DNA of 64,000 nt from SAR86 cluster bacterium (GTDB lineage Bacteria > Pseudomonadota > Gammaproteobacteria > Magnimaribacterales > Magnimaribacteraceae), in contig CP097969.1 of NCBI GenBank assembly GCA_023703575.1, positions 651,517 to 715,516 on the forward strand. Direction: 5' to 3'. Below are positions 62,092-64,000 of the stretch, one piece after another. Made by a program: the position numbers and the translations under genes. Every line of letters begins with the position of its first letter. Within the stretch, counting starts at the first letter, position 1. The notes beneath the pieces are model-generated. The model did no database searches, was not told the origin of the DNA, and saw nothing but the letters and a program-made list of their open reading frames with translations.

Positions 62092-64000
62092 ATGAGAAGT
62101 CTGAGTTTTTTGTCGATTTTTTCTTTATCTCTTTCCCTTTTTGTACCCAACTTTGCATTTGCAGACGAAGATTCATCGCAAGCCGATGAAGAAGTTGTAG
62201 TTGTAGGCTCCCTTGCTAGCTTAAGAAGTGCTCTCAATAAAAAAAGAGATTCTGATAAAAATGTTGGTGTCATTGATTCTGATGCCTTAGGTAATTTTGC
62301 TGATATAAATGTAGCAGAATCCTTGAGGAGAATTTCTGGTATTTCGGTTGAAAATGATCAAGGTGAAGGAAGATACGTAACTGTAAGAGGTATGAACACT
62401 GATTTAAACGCAATGACTATCAATGGAGTCAGTACAGCTTCTCCTGAAGATAGAAGAGGTGTGATATTAGACGGTGTCCCTACAGATCTTTTAGACTCTA
62501 TGACAGTTTATAAGACTCTTACTCCAAACTTAGATGCAGATACAATTGGAGGAGCTATAGATTTAGAAACAATTTCAGCATTTTCTTACGGATCTAATTT
62601 TGTAAAATTTAAAGCAGAAACTTCTAGAAATGATCTTACCAAAGACAGCAGTAATCCTAAATTATCTGGTACATACACCACAGTTATTCCACAAGAGAGC
62701 GGTGATCTTGGAATCGCATTTGTCATCAGCTCCCAAGAAAGACGCATCAAGGCAGAAAATAATGAAACTGGTGGTTGGGGATCTACTTATGTAGATGATG
62801 ACTATGAAATGCGTTACTACGATCTCACAAGAGAAAGAGACGGAATAGTCCTTAATCTAGATTATGTATCAAATTCGGGAAGTAAAACTTATTTACATCT
62901 TTTCCATAACGAATATGAAGATGTTGAATATAGGGCAAAGTGGGAAGTTAGAGATGTAATGGAAGAGTACACACCAACTATATCTGGAACTGTAGCGACA
63001 TATGGAGCTTCTAGAATGGATACTGAAGGGAAAAATAGAACTGAAATTCGATCTATCGATAATTTAGCTATTGGTCATGAGACACAACTTTCAAATGGAA
63101 GCTTTTTAGAAGTTCAAGTGTTTAGATCTGAAGCAGAACAGGATGATACGGATAGATATAATTTAATATTTAGAAGTAAAGAGAAAGACGGTGTTACTAC
63201 TTTGGATACTGCCAATCCTCAGAAACCAGTTTTGGGACTTCCTTCTGAATTCTATGATGCCTCTACTTTCCCAGGAAAGGCTGCAGAACAAGAATATGCT
63301 CTTACTGAGGATGAAGAACAGGGCTTCAAAATTGATTACACGTATATGATCGGTGAAACAGTTGTGCAGACTGGACTAAAGTATAGACAAAGAGAAAAGA
63401 TAAATAATTATCAATTCTGTGAGTACGATATGCCAAAAGGTACTACATTGGCAGATTATGATTATCAGACAATAGGAAAGTATTTGGCAAATACACACGG
63501 ACCTGCTCCAACTTTTGAACAAGTCAAATCAATAGTAACCAATAATACTTCTGGAACAGTTACATTCTCAGACGGTACTACCTGTCCTGGACCGGGTACT
63601 TTCTTTAGAGGTATGGGTGGTGATGAAGAAGAAGAATCTATCCCAGCAGACTGGACAACAGAAGAAGACATCCTAGCCTTATATTTTATGGGTACGACTT
63701 TGTATGAAAACTCCACTTGGGTTTATGGCATAAGATTTGAAGATACTGAAACTACCTACAAAGGTAAAAACTGGAATGATACTTATCTTGGAGATAATGA
63801 ATTTGAAAATAACTACACCTTTGCAGCACCCTCTTTAAATATTAAATATGATATCTCAGATGATATGGTTCTTAGATTTGGTGCATTTAGATCACTTGTA
63901 AGACCTGGGTTTAAAGAATCAAGAGCTGGTGCAATTATCAATGTTGACGATAATGAAATAGAGGGTGGAAATCCTAATTTAGATCCTACCAAAGCCACTA
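62092..64000 (+). CDS. TonB-dependent outer-membrane receptor (5' part; runs off the window)
   Basis: My translation is MRSLSFLSIFSLSLSLFVPNFAFA (signal), then a TonB-box-like EEVVVVGS and plug motifs VAESLRRISGISV...GEGRYVTVRGM. The frame is open to position 64000 (...EIEGGNPNLDPTKAT). Not in the track because no stop lies within the window. Confidence 0.85.
   Translation, partial: MRSLSFLSIFSLSLSLFVPNFAFADEDSSQADEEVVVVGSLASLRSALNKKRDSDKNVGVIDSDALGNFADINVAESLRRISGISVENDQGEGRYVTVRGMNTDLNAMTINGVSTASPEDRRGVILDGVPTDLLDSMTVYKTLTPNLDADTIGGAIDLETISAFSYGSNFVKFKAETSRNDLTKDSSNPKLSGTYTTVIPQESGDLGIAFVISSQERRIKAENNETGGWGSTYVDDDYEMRYYDLTRERDGIVLNLDYVSNSGSKTYLHLFHNEYEDVEYRAKWEVRDVMEEYTPTISGTVATYGASRMDTEGKNRTEIRSIDNLAIGHETQLSNGSFLEVQVFRSEAEQDDTDRYNLIFRSKEKDGVTTLDTANPQKPVLGLPSEFYDASTFPGKAAEQEYALTEDEEQGFKIDYTYMIGETVVQTGLKYRQREKINNYQFCEYDMPKGTTLADYDYQTIGKYLANTHGPAPTFEQVKSIVTNNTSGTVTFSDGTTCPGPGTFFRGMGGDEEEESIPADWTTEEDILALYFMGTTLYENSTWVYGIRFEDTETTYKGKNWNDTYLGDNEFENNYTFAAPSLNIKYDISDDMVLRFGAFRSLVRPGFKESRAGAIINVDDNEIEGGNPNLDPTKAT

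Noticed and set aside
1-64000. A search for CRISPR arrays, IS or transposase genes, integrases, prophage genes, toxin-antitoxin pairs, restriction-modification or other defence systems, rRNA, riboswitches, and long direct or inverted repeats.
   Set aside because: None was recognised by eye on either strand. The intergenic regions are too short (mostly under 120 nt) to hold arrays or large structured RNAs. Small or novel elements cannot be excluded without computational repeat and covariance-model searches.

Overview
Visibly AT-rich (about one-third G+C by eye) and very gene-dense chromosomal segment with about 75 protein genes and 3 tRNAs. I found no rRNA, CRISPR, IS element, integrase, phage gene or recognisable defence gene. 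All calls come from motif and family recognition by eye on the supplied translations; no searches were run. Gene content and local synteny (bolA, trhO, tatD, yadGH-like ABC-2 pair, type-II queF, slyX, csrA followed by tRNAs, phoBR, TonB-dependent receptor) fit a streamlined marine gammaproteobacterium. A SAR86-like lineage is my guess only. There are three blocks. (1) 1-16.4 kb is mostly housekeeping genes packed with 1-4 nt overlaps, and includes a MoxR-VWA pair abutting an ABC-2 exporter. (2) 16.4-53 kb is accessory or catabolic. It holds a tRNA-bounded islet (phosphatidylcholine-synthase-like gene, prolyl-4-hydroxylase-like gene, exported alpha+beta paralogues). It also holds many SDRs, three enoyl-CoA hydratases, two family-III CoA-transferases and an acyl-CoA synthetase. 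The same block carries an amidase, a haloalkane dehalogenase, a compact hydroxylase/VOC-dioxygenase/GST/FAH ring-cleavage-type operon and a large Cys-rich DUF3604-like protein. (3) 53.5-64 kb is the most interesting part, a contiguous phosphate-stress island. It comprises an exported unknown protein, PlcP-Agt lipid-renovation genes plus an extra cytidylyltransferase, phoB-phoR, a short Ppx/GppA-like gene with PPK2, a PiT transporter and a TonB-dependent receptor. Arrays of TGTCA/TGACA repeats in 10-11 bp register sit in the intergenic regions of this island. Functional links are inferences, and tight gene packing here may reflect genome streamlining rather than co-function.
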